Assembly (NCBI GenBank): GCA_963778755.1
Contig: CAVZVJ010000002.1
Span: 118,956-182,955 of the forward strand
DNA: 64,000 bases
Origin: an uncultured Acidobacteriota bacterium
Lineage (GTDB): Bacteria > Actinomycetota > Acidimicrobiia > Spongiisociales > ZC4RG35
Reading direction: 5' to 3'
Position 1 is the first letter of the stretch, and every line of letters begins with the position of its first letter. Positions 55,310 to 64,000 of this stretch are shown in pieces. The notes under the pieces were generated by a model, which was not told the DNA's origin, did no database searches, and saw only the letters and a program-made list of their open reading frames with translations. A program made the translations under genes and the position numbers.

Positions 55310-56284
55310 GCCGAGGGCGGGGATCACTTCTTTGGCGAACAACTGAAAGCCGCTCTGGTCGTAGGCCGGGTCCGGGAAGTAGACGATGGCGTAGGTCATC
55401 CCGGCTGCTTCCCAGTCCGCCAGCCTCTCGATGATCTGCTCCGGCGTGCCTGACATACGGCGGAACTCGTCGACCTGGCCCTGCGCCCGGTTCTCCGGGA
55501 CGTAACGGAGATACTTGTCCTTGAGCCAGGCAAGCTTGTCTTCGACCTCGCCCTCGGTGTTGGCACAAATGATGTTGAAGTTCTTCGACCTTACGATCGC
55601 TTCAAACGAGGTGTTTTCGGCTTTGCAGTGGTCTTGGAGGACACCTGACTTGTGGATGAACGAGTCGAGATCGATTCCGAAGTTGGTGTATTGGGCATGG
55701 CGGGCGGCCGTCCTGAGGGTCAGCTGCTCGCCTCCGCCGGCTACCCAGATCGGGATGTGCGGCTGTTGCAATGGCTTGGGGTTGCAGATCGCGCCATGGA
55801 GGTTGTAGTGGCGACCCTCGAAGTGAACGACGTCCTCGGTCCACATCCGCCGCATGATCTGGACACCCTCTTCGAGCTGGGCGAGGCGGATCGATGGCTT
55901 GGCGAACTCGTATCCGTACCCCAGGTACTCCTGTTCGTACCAACCGGCGCCGATCCCCATCTCGACCCGCCCACCGGAGATGACATCAATTGAGGCGGCG
56001 ACCTTGGCGAGATATGAAGGGGGGCGGTAGGAGTTGCAGGTGCACATTTGGCCGAGCCGGATGCGGCCGGTCACCGCGGCGAGGGCCGCCATCAGAGACC
56101 AGGCCTCGTAGGTCTCCTCCTGGGCCGTCGGGACGGTGTGGAAGTGGTCGTAGACCCAGGCAGACTCGAAACCGGCCGTTTCCAGCGCTAGAGCAACGTT
56201 GCTCATCGCCGCCCACTGCTCCGAGCGGTCGATGCCGACCAAGTCGAGCCGCCAACCCTGGGGAACAAAGGCTCCGAATCTCAT
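55295..56284 (-). CDS. LLM-class F420-dependent oxidoreductase (luciferase-like monooxygenase fold)
   Basis: Has FGAFVPQGW ... FESAWVYDHF and GRVEMGIGAGW. 329 aa. Confidence 0.85.
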   Translation of the reverse strand: MRFGAFVPQGWRLDLVGIDRSEQWAAMSNVALALETAGFESAWVYDHFHTVPTAQEETYEAWSLMAALAAVTGRIRLGQMCTCNSYRPPSYLAKVAASIDVISGGRVEMGIGAGWYEQEYLGYGYEFAKPSIRLAQLEEGVQIMRRMWTEDVVHFEGRHYNLHGAICNPKPLQQPHIPIWVAGGGEQLTLRTAARHAQYTNFGIDLDSFIHKSGVLQDHCKAENTSFEAIVRSKNFNIICANTEGEVEDKLAWLKDKYLRYVPENRAQGQVDEFRRMSGTPEQIIERLADWEAAGMTYAIVYFPDPAYDQSGFQLFAKEVIPALGSVLD

Positions 56285-56316
56285 AAGCGGACGTTAGACC
56301 GCCGGCCCCCCCTCGC

Positions 56317-56391
56317 CCGACCTGACGGTCGGACGGTCCCCCCGCTCCGCAGGGGGACAACCTTCTTCCTGTCCCCTCTTCTAAAGGGGAC
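56317..56391 (-). terminator. Three consecutive G/C-run hairpins in a 115-bp intergenic region (CCGACC-tgac-GGTCGG; GTCCCCC-N8-GGGGGAC; GTCCCCT-cttctaa-AGGGGAC)
   Basis: Read from the sequence at 56317-56332, 56336-56358 and 56371-56391. They lie downstream of the sugar-ABC permease operon and upstream of the LLM gene, both on the minus strand. Confidence 0.4.
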
Positions 56392-56400
56392 CGGCTTCGA

Positions 56401-57264
56401 TTAGCCCTTGACGGAGCCGGCGAGGAGGCCCCTGACAAAGAAGCGCTGCAACGCAAGGAATACGACCACCGGGAGGAACATCGACACGAAGGCCGCCGCG
56501 GTCAGGAGGTGAACTGACTCGCCCCGAGTTCCAACCAGCGAGGAGAGTTGGATGGTGAGGACCGACACATCGGATGTGGACCCCAAGAACACCAAAGCCA
56601 CCAGGAGGTCGTTCCACACCCAGAGAAACTGGAAGATTGCAAACGCCGCCAGGGCCGGATATGAGAGGGGGAGTACGAGACGCGTGAAAGCGGTGAATGG
56701 GGTGGCGCCATCGATATAGGCCGACTCGAAAATGTCCTTGGGTAACTGCGATATGTAGTTGTAGAGCAGGTAGATCGCCAGGGGGAGCCCGAACCCGGTA
56801 TGGGCCAGCCAAATTCCCAGGAACGAGCCGGTCAGGCCGGTGGATTGGTAGATCTGGAGCAGAGGCACGAGTGACATCTGGAGAGGCACCACCAAAAGCC
56901 CCACCACGATCGCAAACAGAAACGCCCGGCCCGGGAACTTGACCCAGGCGAAGGCGTAGGCGGCAAAGGCGGCGAGAGTGATCGGAATGACGGTGGCCGG
57001 AATGGTGACGATGAGGCTGTTGACGAATGCATCGAACATCCCTCCTCGCCCAAGAACATCGATGTAATTGTCCAGTGTCCACCCCGAGTTGAAAAACGCC
57101 GTCCACCACCCGGTCGAGTTGGCTAGTGACGCAGGGCGAAACGAACTGACCAGCAGCCCGAGGCTGGGGATCGTCCACATCACGACGATGAGGAAAACCG
57201 AGATCCTGACCGCCCACCCAGCCTGGCTGGTCCCTCCGCTCGCCCTCTCTGCTCGAGCCGTCAT
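56401..57264 (-). CDS. Carbohydrate ABC transporter permease (MalG-like)
   Basis: BPD_transp_1 fold. The start is taken at the internal ATG (MTARAER...), overlapping the MalF-like stop (ATGA). The 424-aa track ORF has a spurious His/Arg-rich N-terminal extension. Confidence 0.8.
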   Translation of the reverse strand: MTARAERASGGTSQAGWAVRISVFLIVVMWTIPSLGLLVSSFRPASLANSTGWWTAFFNSGWTLDNYIDVLGRGGMFDAFVNSLIVTIPATVIPITLAAFAAYAFAWVKFPGRAFLFAIVVGLLVVPLQMSLVPLLQIYQSTGLTGSFLGIWLAHTGFGLPLAIYLLYNYISQLPKDIFESAYIDGATPFTAFTRLVLPLSYPALAAFAIFQFLWVWNDLLVALVFLGSTSDVSVLTIQLSSLVGTRGESVHLLTAAAFVSMFLPVVVFLALQRFFVRGLLAGSVKG

Positions 57265-58382
57265 GAACCGATCCCTTGTTTCCGGAGGTTGCGGACGTTG
57301 ATGACCATGATCGGGACCACGGCCACGAACAGGATGACTGCCATAGTCGTGGCCTGGCCAAAGTTGCGGAACCGGAACATCTCCTGATACATCCGCACTG
57401 CCACCACGCTGGTGTCGAAGTTCCCGTTGGTGGTTACGAAGACGATGTCGAAGACCTTGAGCACGGCGATGGCAATCGTGGTGAAGACTGTGATGATGGA
57501 GCCCCGGATCGAGGGCACCAGGATTCTGAAGAAGTTCTGCAGTTCGGATGCCCCATCGATGCGGGCCGCCTCGGTCAACTCGACCGGCACGCCTTTGATG
57601 GCTGCCGAGAGGATCACCATGGCAAAGCCGACCTGGAGCCAGATCATGATCACGATCATGGCGAAGGTGTTCCAAGGGATGGTTTGCATGAACGGGATCG
57701 ACTCACCACCAAACCACTGGATCACCGCGTTGATCAGGCCCACCTGCGACGTCCCCGGAACCCTCCACGCATAGACGAACCCCCAGATCACCGAAGCTCC
57801 AACCATCGAGATCGCGAGGGGAAGGAAAATAAAGGTCTTGGCCAGCGATTCGTGTTTTACCCGGTCCGCCAAGGCAGCAAAAGCAAGGCCAATAACCACC
57901 GAGGCAGCAGGGGCGATCAACAGCCAGATGACGTTATTGCGCAACGCCACCTGTACCTCGGGGTCGGTGAAGGCGTTCGCATAATTGGTGAGAAGCCCAC
58001 CGCCTTCGGGGACCTCCGTAAAGCTCTGGACGATGGTCCGTATCGCCGGGTAGATCAAATACACCGAAACCACCGCCAAGGCGGGCAACACGAATACCCA
58101 TGGTCGGACGATTTCGGCGGCGCGAACCGGCAGGTGCTCGACAAGGGAGTTGACGACGATGAAGAGTGCCCAGATGCCGGCGACTCCCAGGACGAGGGCC
58201 ACCAGAGCCTGGATCAGCTTGCCGGTGAGCGGCCCCATCCCGGCAAAGGCTTCAGGGTCTCGGAGCACTCGGAGGCCGAGCCATATCAGGAGAATCACCA
58301 CGGCACCGATAGCGACGTCGCGGATAGCCGTCCAGCGACGAGTGTCTTCGGTCACTGTTGGGGCTTCTACTGCCTCGGCCAA
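57261..58382 (-). CDS. Carbohydrate ABC transporter permease (MalF-like)
   Basis: 373 aa, about 8 TM segments, with the EAA-like loop AARIDGASELQNFFRILVP. Confidence 0.85.
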   Translation of the reverse strand: MAEAVEAPTVTEDTRRWTAIRDVAIGAVVILLIWLGLRVLRDPEAFAGMGPLTGKLIQALVALVLGVAGIWALFIVVNSLVEHLPVRAAEIVRPWVFVLPALAVVSVYLIYPAIRTIVQSFTEVPEGGGLLTNYANAFTDPEVQVALRNNVIWLLIAPAASVVIGLAFAALADRVKHESLAKTFIFLPLAISMVGASVIWGFVYAWRVPGTSQVGLINAVIQWFGGESIPFMQTIPWNTFAMIVIMIWLQVGFAMVILSAAIKGVPVELTEAARIDGASELQNFFRILVPSIRGSIITVFTTIAIAVLKVFDIVFVTTNGNFDTSVVAVRMYQEMFRFRNFGQATTMAVILFVAVVPIMVINVRNLRKQGIGS

Positions 58383-58446
58383 ATCGACTCCCAGATGTGG
58401 AAAAGGTCCCCGGCGTTTCCGCCGGGGACCTTACCAACTCGGGGGG

Positions 58447-59892
58447 TCAGCCGGTCGGCCAGCTGTCCTCGATTGATTGGAATATTGCCTCGGTGCCTTC
58501 ACCGTTGGCAGACACCCAATCGACCATCCCTGACCAGAAGGTGCCGGCGCCGACTTCGGCGGGCATCAGGTCGGAGGCATCGAAGCCAAAGGTGGTTGCA
58601 TTTGCCACCATCTTTGACAGTTCGGTCTCCGGGTAGGTGGTGTACTCGCTGAGTGGAACGTTCTTGTTGGCGGCCACGAAGCCACCCCGCTCGATCCAGG
58701 CCGTTGAGGATTCGGGTGTCGCCAGGAACTCGAGCAGAGCCCGAACCTCTGGGCGGTCGTTGAACATGACGAACATGTCAGCGGCGCCCAACACCGGCGA
58801 TCCGTATGCCTCGTCGATTGGCGGGAGATAGAAGAACCCCACGTCCTCACCGGGCTTGTTGGGCCACTGGGTGGGATCCGTGGTGTCCTTGTTCGCACCC
58901 CAGAAACCGGGGATCCACGCTGCCTGCTTCTGCATCCAGCATTGGGGCCCGGCCGCGTCGAACATCGGATCCTGGGTAGCAGTTATGTGCGTCGCGTTGA
59001 TGTAGGCGCTGCCGCCATACGCGTAACCCGGTGTGAACCAGATGTCATGCATTATCCCCGCGGCGTTCAACACTGCCGGGTCATTGAACGGGATCTCGTG
59101 GTTCCACCACTTGGCATAGGTCTCCGGCGGCGCGGTGCGCAACAGGATGTCCTCCATCCAGTCGGTGGCGACCCAGCCGTCGGCCGCGTCACTCTCGATG
59201 CTGATGCACCATGGGCTGCTGCCATCGGCGACGATCTGATCACTCAGGGCAACCAACTCGTCCCATGTGGTCGGCGTCGCGTAGCCGGCGTCAGCGAAGG
59301 CCTGGATCGGGTACCACACGATCGACTTGACGTCGGTCTTGTAATACACGCCGTAGAGGTCTCCGTTGTGTGAGCCGAGTTCGACAAATCCGCCAACCAG
59401 ATCCTGGCTGAGCTGGTCCACGTTGAACCAGTCACTCAGATTTACCAGCGAGCCGGCGTCGGCGTATTGCGCCATCTTTCCGGGCTGGGCGATCTGCGCC
59501 AGGTCGGGTGGGTTGCCACCATCGACACGGACCTGGAGTGCGGTTTCGTACTCCACGGTCGGATTGAAGGTGACATCGATCCCGGTGGCATCCCGGAACG
59601 GCTGGAGAGCAAGGTCAAATGACGTTGCCTCGGCCCCGTCCGGCGCCCACTGGGCGACGATCTCGACCTTGGTCCCCGTGTAATCGCCCGCCATTGCGGC
59701 GTTCAGGTTCTCGTACGGAGTTGCACCGGCCGAGCCTGCCGCTGTCGTGGTCGACCCTTCCGCGGGTGCGGCGGTCGTTGTGGATCCTGCGGATCCACCG
59801 GCCGTCGTTGTGGACCCGCCACTCGATCCGGCACATGCTGCGAGCAGCATTGCCAGAGCCACGAGGGCGATGGACCACTTCCGTTTCTTCAT
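58447..59892 (-). CDS. Carbohydrate ABC transporter substrate-binding lipoprotein (SBP family 1)
   Basis: Signal peptide with lipobox LLAACAG, then a Gly/Ser/Thr linker. 481 aa. 4-nt overlap with the upstream ROK kinase. Confidence 0.85.
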   Translation of the reverse strand: MKKRKWSIALVALAMLLAACAGSSGGSTTTAGGSAGSTTTAAPAEGSTTTAAGSAGATPYENLNAAMAGDYTGTKVEIVAQWAPDGAEATSFDLALQPFRDATGIDVTFNPTVEYETALQVRVDGGNPPDLAQIAQPGKMAQYADAGSLVNLSDWFNVDQLSQDLVGGFVELGSHNGDLYGVYYKTDVKSIVWYPIQAFADAGYATPTTWDELVALSDQIVADGSSPWCISIESDAADGWVATDWMEDILLRTAPPETYAKWWNHEIPFNDPAVLNAAGIMHDIWFTPGYAYGGSAYINATHITATQDPMFDAAGPQCWMQKQAAWIPGFWGANKDTTDPTQWPNKPGEDVGFFYLPPIDEAYGSPVLGAADMFVMFNDRPEVRALLEFLATPESSTAWIERGGFVAANKNVPLSEYTTYPETELSKMVANATTFGFDASDLMPAEVGAGTFWSGMVDWVSANGEGTEAIFQSIEDSWPTG

Positions 59893-60851
59893 ATTTCTCC
59901 TCCTGTTGGTTTGCTTTCGGTCGCGAGGGCAAGATCAAATGTTCGGGCGGCCAGGAGGGCCGCTCCCCGGGCGCCATGCGGTCCACCGGGCGGGCTGAGC
60001 CTGATCCGGTTCGGATCAAGGGTTCGCGTAGCAAGGTCTGAGGACCCTGCAGTCCTGACCAGAGCGTAACGCACCGCGTCGAGCAGCGGTTGGCCGGCCT
60101 CGGCAAGCCCCCCGCCAAGCACGATGGTGTCGACGTCGTATGCGGCCGATAGCCAATGGATGGCAGTGGCGAGATGGGAAGTGACCTCTTGGGCGAGACT
60201 TGAGGCGGTTGAGTCTCCGGCTGCTGCCTCGGCGAAAAGGGAGGACGCCGGAGCGCTCTTGCCGCTGTCCCTCCATGCTGCGGAGATGGCGGGCCCGCTG
60301 ACCACGGTTTCCAGGCAGCCGGTTTGCCCGCAGCGGCACAAAGAGCCCGCTCGATCCACCACCACGTGCCCGATCTCACCAGCCATGCCCGTTGCGCCAC
60401 GATGAATTGCTCCGTCGATGACCACGCCCGCAGCCACTCCGGTGCCAAGACTGAGCAGGGCGAGGTCTCCGGGCTCGTCTCCCAACTGGCGGAGCTTCTC
60501 GAATATCCCGAATGCGGCCGCCCTGACATCGTTTTCCACCAGTACCGGCAGGCCATGCTCCGCGGAGAGGCGGCTGGCCAAGGGGAAGGGGGCGTCATCG
60601 ATGCCAAGATTGACAGCCAGGCGAACGGTGCCGGCGGCGTTGTCTACCTGCCCCGGCATCCCGACTCCGATGGCGTCGATCGGATGGGTCCAGTCGAGTT
60701 GTTCGATTGCAGAGTCGATGGAGGCGAGAACCGCCTCCGGGCCGGGAGTTCTGGTGGCCACCCGTGAGCTGGTGAGGACCGCACCTTGCCCGTCCGCCAC
60801 GACCGCTTCGGTTGAGGTCCCACCGACGTCGATACCGATCGTGCTGGTCAT
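59889..60851 (-). CDS. ROK-family sugar kinase (glucokinase-like)
   Basis: IGIDVGGTSTEAVV marks the ATPase-fold N-terminus. The ROK zinc motif CRCGQTGCLET is present. Confidence 0.85.
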   Translation of the reverse strand: MTSTIGIDVGGTSTEAVVADGQGAVLTSSRVATRTPGPEAVLASIDSAIEQLDWTHPIDAIGVGMPGQVDNAAGTVRLAVNLGIDDAPFPLASRLSAEHGLPVLVENDVRAAAFGIFEKLRQLGDEPGDLALLSLGTGVAAGVVIDGAIHRGATGMAGEIGHVVVDRAGSLCRCGQTGCLETVVSGPAISAAWRDSGKSAPASSLFAEAAAGDSTASSLAQEVTSHLATAIHWLSAAYDVDTIVLGGGLAEAGQPLLDAVRYALVRTAGSSDLATRTLDPNRIRLSPPGGPHGARGAALLAARTFDLALATESKPTGGEI

Positions 60852-62053
60852 CGCAAGACCACACCAAGGCGATCGGTGAGTACCGCGGCAGCAGCTCCGG
60901 CTAGAACGAGATCGCCTCCAAGAGTCGAGAGCTCGACCTCGATCAGCCCTGCAGTCGCAGGCAACACCCGGCCGCTGAGACTCTGCCGGACGCTGTCGAT
61001 CAGTTCCTCACCGGCGTTGCGAATCTCGGGCGCGATGATGATCCGGGTGATGCCGAGCAGAGCGACGGCGTGGGCGAGGACACCCGCGAGATGGTGCCCA
61101 GCGTCGCGGAGGGCATTGCGCAGTCTTTCCTCACCCACAATCGGAGCCAAGGCGAGGGCATCCCAGGGATCACGGTCGGGGTCGGCCCCCACGCTGCGCA
61201 GGATGGCGGGAACGCTTGCCACGGTTTCGAGACAGCCGAAGTTCCCGCAGGTGCATCGGGCCCCGTCGAGGACGACCTGGATGTGCCCGATCTCCCCGGC
61301 TGCCGAAGTCTCGCCGCGGTGGAGCCTGGATCCCAGTACGACACCGGCTCCGACTCCCCTTCCCAGCTTGACCAACAACACGTCTTCGCCTGCACCCGGG
61401 TGTCTCCGTAACTCAGCCAGGGCTGCGACCTGGGCGTCGTTGGCGATGGAAACTGGGACTCCAAAGCGGGCTGCGATCGCCTGGCCCAGATCGAGGCGAT
61501 GCCAATCGAGGTTCGCCGCCTCGAGGACCATGCCCCCGGCGTCGACCACACCCGGCGTGCCGACTCCGATGCCGAGGATCGGAGCTTGTGCCTCATCGAG
61601 CAGGGACCCAATCAAATCGATGGCGATGTCGACGGCGTCCTGACCGGTCACGTCGGTGGCCGGGGAGTCGAGTCGCCACCGTATGTGCCCGCTGAGGTCG
61701 ACCAGCGCCCCTTGAAAAGGCCGATGACCGAGGTCGACGGCAACGATGTCGCGTCCTCCCGCATTCAAGGCGAGGAGAGTGGGTGGCTTTCCTCCTGCCG
61801 AGGTTCCCTGACCCATCTCCCGCAGCAGGCCGTCGTCGATCAACTCGCTGACCAGACTGGAAACGGCTGCTCTGGTGAGACCGGTCAGTCGTGAGAGCTC
61901 GGCTCGTGAGGTGGCACGCCGCTCGGATACGAGATCGAGGGTCGTCTGCAGATTCGAGCGCCGCGAGTCGTGCTTGGTGGCCTTGGGGCGGTGGGGGCGG
62001 TCGGGCTGGCCCCGGCGGGGCTCGAGATCAGACATGGAAAGTTCACTAAACAT
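60848..62053 (-). CDS. ROK-family transcriptional repressor (N-terminal wHTH + ROK sugar-binding domain)
   Basis: N-terminal HTH (SRAELSRLTGLTRAAVSSLVSELIDDGLL) plus a ROK domain with CTCGNFGCLET. Confidence 0.8.
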   Translation of the reverse strand: MFSELSMSDLEPRRGQPDRPHRPKATKHDSRRSNLQTTLDLVSERRATSRAELSRLTGLTRAAVSSLVSELIDDGLLREMGQGTSAGGKPPTLLALNAGGRDIVAVDLGHRPFQGALVDLSGHIRWRLDSPATDVTGQDAVDIAIDLIGSLLDEAQAPILGIGVGTPGVVDAGGMVLEAANLDWHRLDLGQAIAARFGVPVSIANDAQVAALAELRRHPGAGEDVLLVKLGRGVGAGVVLGSRLHRGETSAAGEIGHIQVVLDGARCTCGNFGCLETVASVPAILRSVGADPDRDPWDALALAPIVGEERLRNALRDAGHHLAGVLAHAVALLGITRIIIAPEIRNAGEELIDSVRQSLSGRVLPATAGLIEVELSTLGGDLVLAGAAAAVLTDRLGVVLR

Positions 62054-62137
62054 ACAAACGGTGAGGGCGCAGTGTCAAACGACTTCTGGTGCCGACATAT
62101 CGTGTGGGGGAACCCGGATCGATCGGGGTGGTCGAGA

Positions 62138-62566
62138 ATGAGGGACGAACTGGTTCGCCGCAGGTCACGGATGCATCGCGTCCTCTACCGAATGACCGGT
62201 GGGATGATCGGGCGCCGATTGGTGAACAACGACATGCTGCTGCTCACCACGACCGGCCGCCACTCTGGCCTCCCCCACACCGTGCCGCTGCTCTATTTGC
62301 GAAACGGAGAGGGGTGGGTCGTCATCGCCTCCTACGGGGGGAGGGACCGACACCCTGCCTGGTACCTGAACCTGGTCGATGAGCCCTCGGTCGAGGTTCA
62401 GATCTCGAGACGGCACTCACGTGCTCGAGCCCGGACGGCAAACGACGAGGAACGTGCCCATTGGTGGCCTCTGGTCGTCGAGGCATACGGCGACTACGCC
62501 GTGTACCAGACACGGACGGACCGCGAAATCCCAGTGGTCTTCCTGGAACCACTGAGCGCTGGATAG
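62138..62566 (+). CDS. Deazaflavin (F420)-dependent nitroreductase-family protein (Ddn/DUF385-like)
   Basis: Has LLLTTTGRHSGLPHTVPLLY ... GGRDRHPAWYLNL ... W. The start is taken at the internal ATG 62138 because the upstream part of ORF 61970 overlaps the divergent ROK regulator. Confidence 0.7.
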   Translation: MRDELVRRRSRMHRVLYRMTGGMIGRRLVNNDMLLLTTTGRHSGLPHTVPLLYLRNGEGWVVIASYGGRDRHPAWYLNLVDEPSVEVQISRRHSRARARTANDEERAHWWPLVVEAYGDYAVYQTRTDREIPVVFLEPLSAG

Positions 62567-62575
62567 ATTCGGGCC

Positions 62576-62890
62576 ATGCCCTACTCCGAGGACCTGGTGG
62601 AACAGGTCCGTGCTCAGCTGTCACCCCTCGATGACGTCACTGAGAGGAATGTGATGTCCGGGGTTGGATTCTTCGTCGACGACAGGATGGCGGTAGCGGT
62701 TCTCGAGGATGGCCTTTGTCTTCATATTGGTCAGACCGAGACCGACCCGACGATCAGTTCGATGATCTCCCTCGAGTTCGCTGGCCGTCAGATTCAGGGG
62801 TGGGTTTGCATACCGGAGTCGAGCCTCGACCGGGCCAGCCTTTCACGATGGGTCAGCCACGGCGTCGCCGGGCTGGGACTACCGGTGTAG
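62576..62890 (+). CDS. TfoX N-terminal domain-containing protein
   Basis: 104 aa. The pattern EDLVEQVRAQL ... VTERNVMSGVGFFVDDRMAVAV matches the TfoX_N family. Confidence 0.55.
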   Translation: MPYSEDLVEQVRAQLSPLDDVTERNVMSGVGFFVDDRMAVAVLEDGLCLHIGQTETDPTISSMISLEFAGRQIQGWVCIPESSLDRASLSRWVSHGVAGLGLPV

Positions 62891-63895
62891 AACCTGGCGC
62901 GGGCGCCGATAGCTAGGAGCCTTGCTCTGCCAGTTGCGGCGGGATGCCACCTGGATCAAGTCCCCGAGAAGGGCTGACGCTGTTGGCTGGCCACCGGCCC
63001 CGGGGCCGGTGAAGAGGAGACGCCCGATGGCGGGCCCCTCGACATATATGGCGTTGGTGACGCCATCGATGCCGGCCAACGGGTGTTCGGCGTCCAGCGC
63101 GATCGGAGCAACCCGTGTCGACACGCTGTCCCCGACCCGCTCGGCGACGCCGATCAGCTTGATGACCTGGCCTGACGCCGCGGCAGCCTCGATATCCGCC
63201 CGGCTCAGATCCTCGATTCCCTGGCACTCCACCTGCCATGGGGCAACCCATTCCCCGAATGCGAGGCGCGCCAGGATCGCTGTCTTGAACGCAGCATCCC
63301 GGCCTGACACATCATCGGAAGGGTCGGGCTCCGCATAGCCAAGGACAGTGGCTTCATCGAGTGCCTCTTGGAAACTCCGGCCGTCTTGGGTCATAGCGGT
63401 GAGGATGAAGTTGGTTGTCCCGTTGACGATCCCGCTCACTCGATCGATCCGCTCTCCCGCCAAGCTCTCGGCAAGAGGCCGGATGACCGGGATCCCGCCA
63501 CCGACGGCGGCCTCATACATGAGAGGGACCCCGCTCCGATTGGCGGCCTCGAACAACTCCTCTCCTCGGGTGGCGATCAGCTCTTTGTTTGCTGTGACCA
63601 CGGGTTTCGCCGATCGGAGGGCAGTGAGGAGCAGCTCACCGGTCGGCTCCAAACCGCCCATGGCTTCCACCACAACGTCGACGCCCGGGCTGCTGACAAC
63701 ACTCATTGCTTGATCGGTTATCCGCTCCGGGGGCAGCTCGAAGGGCCGCGGCTTGTCGAGATGCTTGACGGCGACGATCTTCAACTCGAGGTCGACACCT
63801 GCCTTCTCCCGGATTTGGTCCCGGTCGAGAAGAAGCCTCTGCACCAGCGCACCCCCGACCGTGCCGGCGCCGAGCACGCCAACTTTCACCTTCAT
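62879..63895 (-). CDS. hom: Homoserine dehydrogenase (NAD-binding + catalytic domains, no ACT domain)
   Basis: VGVLGAGTVGGALVQRL is the Rossmann motif. Has VVTANKELIATRGEEL and the catalytic region GIVNGTTNFILT. Confidence 0.85.
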   Translation of the reverse strand: MKVKVGVLGAGTVGGALVQRLLLDRDQIREKAGVDLELKIVAVKHLDKPRPFELPPERITDQAMSVVSSPGVDVVVEAMGGLEPTGELLLTALRSAKPVVTANKELIATRGEELFEAANRSGVPLMYEAAVGGGIPVIRPLAESLAGERIDRVSGIVNGTTNFILTAMTQDGRSFQEALDEATVLGYAEPDPSDDVSGRDAAFKTAILARLAFGEWVAPWQVECQGIEDLSRADIEAAAASGQVIKLIGVAERVGDSVSTRVAPIALDAEHPLAGIDGVTNAIYVEGPAIGRLLFTGPGAGGQPTASALLGDLIQVASRRNWQSKAPSYRRPRQVLHR

Positions 63896-64000
63896 GGTCG
63901 GCGCCCGCGGTTGGCCCTGGGTCCGGGTTCGTATCTCATTGAATTCCTCTGTTGGTGAGAGTCCCGGCGCCGGTCTGAATCAAAAAGATCCGCACCGGTG

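Noticed and set aside
57265-57675. 137-aa His/Arg-rich N-terminal extension of the MalG-like ORF and the first 56 codons of ORF 61970..62566
   Set aside because: Both overlap neighbouring genes (MalF-like and the ROK regulator). The true starts are the internal ATGs, which give canonical family N-termini and ATGA coupling.

Overview
High-GC (about 65-70%) bacterial chromosome segment, Actinobacteria-like: it carries F420/LLM and Ddn-like enzymes, a KdpF ending in PEKF, a lipoprotein SBP and many ATGA/TGATG overlapping operon junctions. It is gene-dense core/accessory metabolic DNA with no rRNA, tRNA, CRISPR array or recognisable transposase/integrase. Roughly 58 protein-coding genes were called.

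Contents in order:
(1) A complete kdpFABC K+-uptake ATPase locus with an unusual regulatory layout: a KdpD-like kinase tail plus a receiver-only protein upstream, a KdpD N-terminal-sensor-only ORF plus full kdpE downstream, and a second KdpF-like micro-ORF.
(2) An APC-family permease and a DrrAB-like ABC-2 exporter.
(3) A short low-GC island with two overlapping micro-ORFs.
(4) A catabolic island: XRE-cupin regulator, SDR, bicupin, two paralogous amidohydrolases and a ribose-type ABC importer. One permease of that importer is translationally fused to the second amidohydrolase.
(5) lhgO, a frameshifted M24 creatinase/prolidase-family gene, and a stand-alone TPP-dependent E1 alpha/beta pair.
(6) USP, aldo-keto reductase, shikimate-kinase-like, GH5 and GH1 glycosidases, a methyltransferase, an aminotransferase, glutamate synthase large subunit without gltD, and ppa.
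(7) A Dpp/Opp-type peptide ABC importer.
(8) A minus-strand operon CocE/NonD hydrolase - Rieske oxygenase - monomeric sarcosine-oxidase-like - orphan TPR histidine kinase, divergent from amine oxidase - MATCAP/QEGLA protein - MFS.
(9) A maltose-type sugar ABC importer with ROK kinase and ROK regulator, a Ddn-like protein, a TfoX-N protein, and hom.

Non-coding signals of note are listed under findings. They are a 14-nt motif TGTGTAGTGT(C/G)ACT recurring upstream of three units of the catabolic island, heptanucleotide tandem-repeat arrays at two loci, an inverted-repeat-bounded short-period repeat, and several G/C-run hairpin terminators.

All calls rest on reading the supplied ORF translations and the raw sequence, with no database searches run. 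Manual nucleotide indexing may be off by one base in places.
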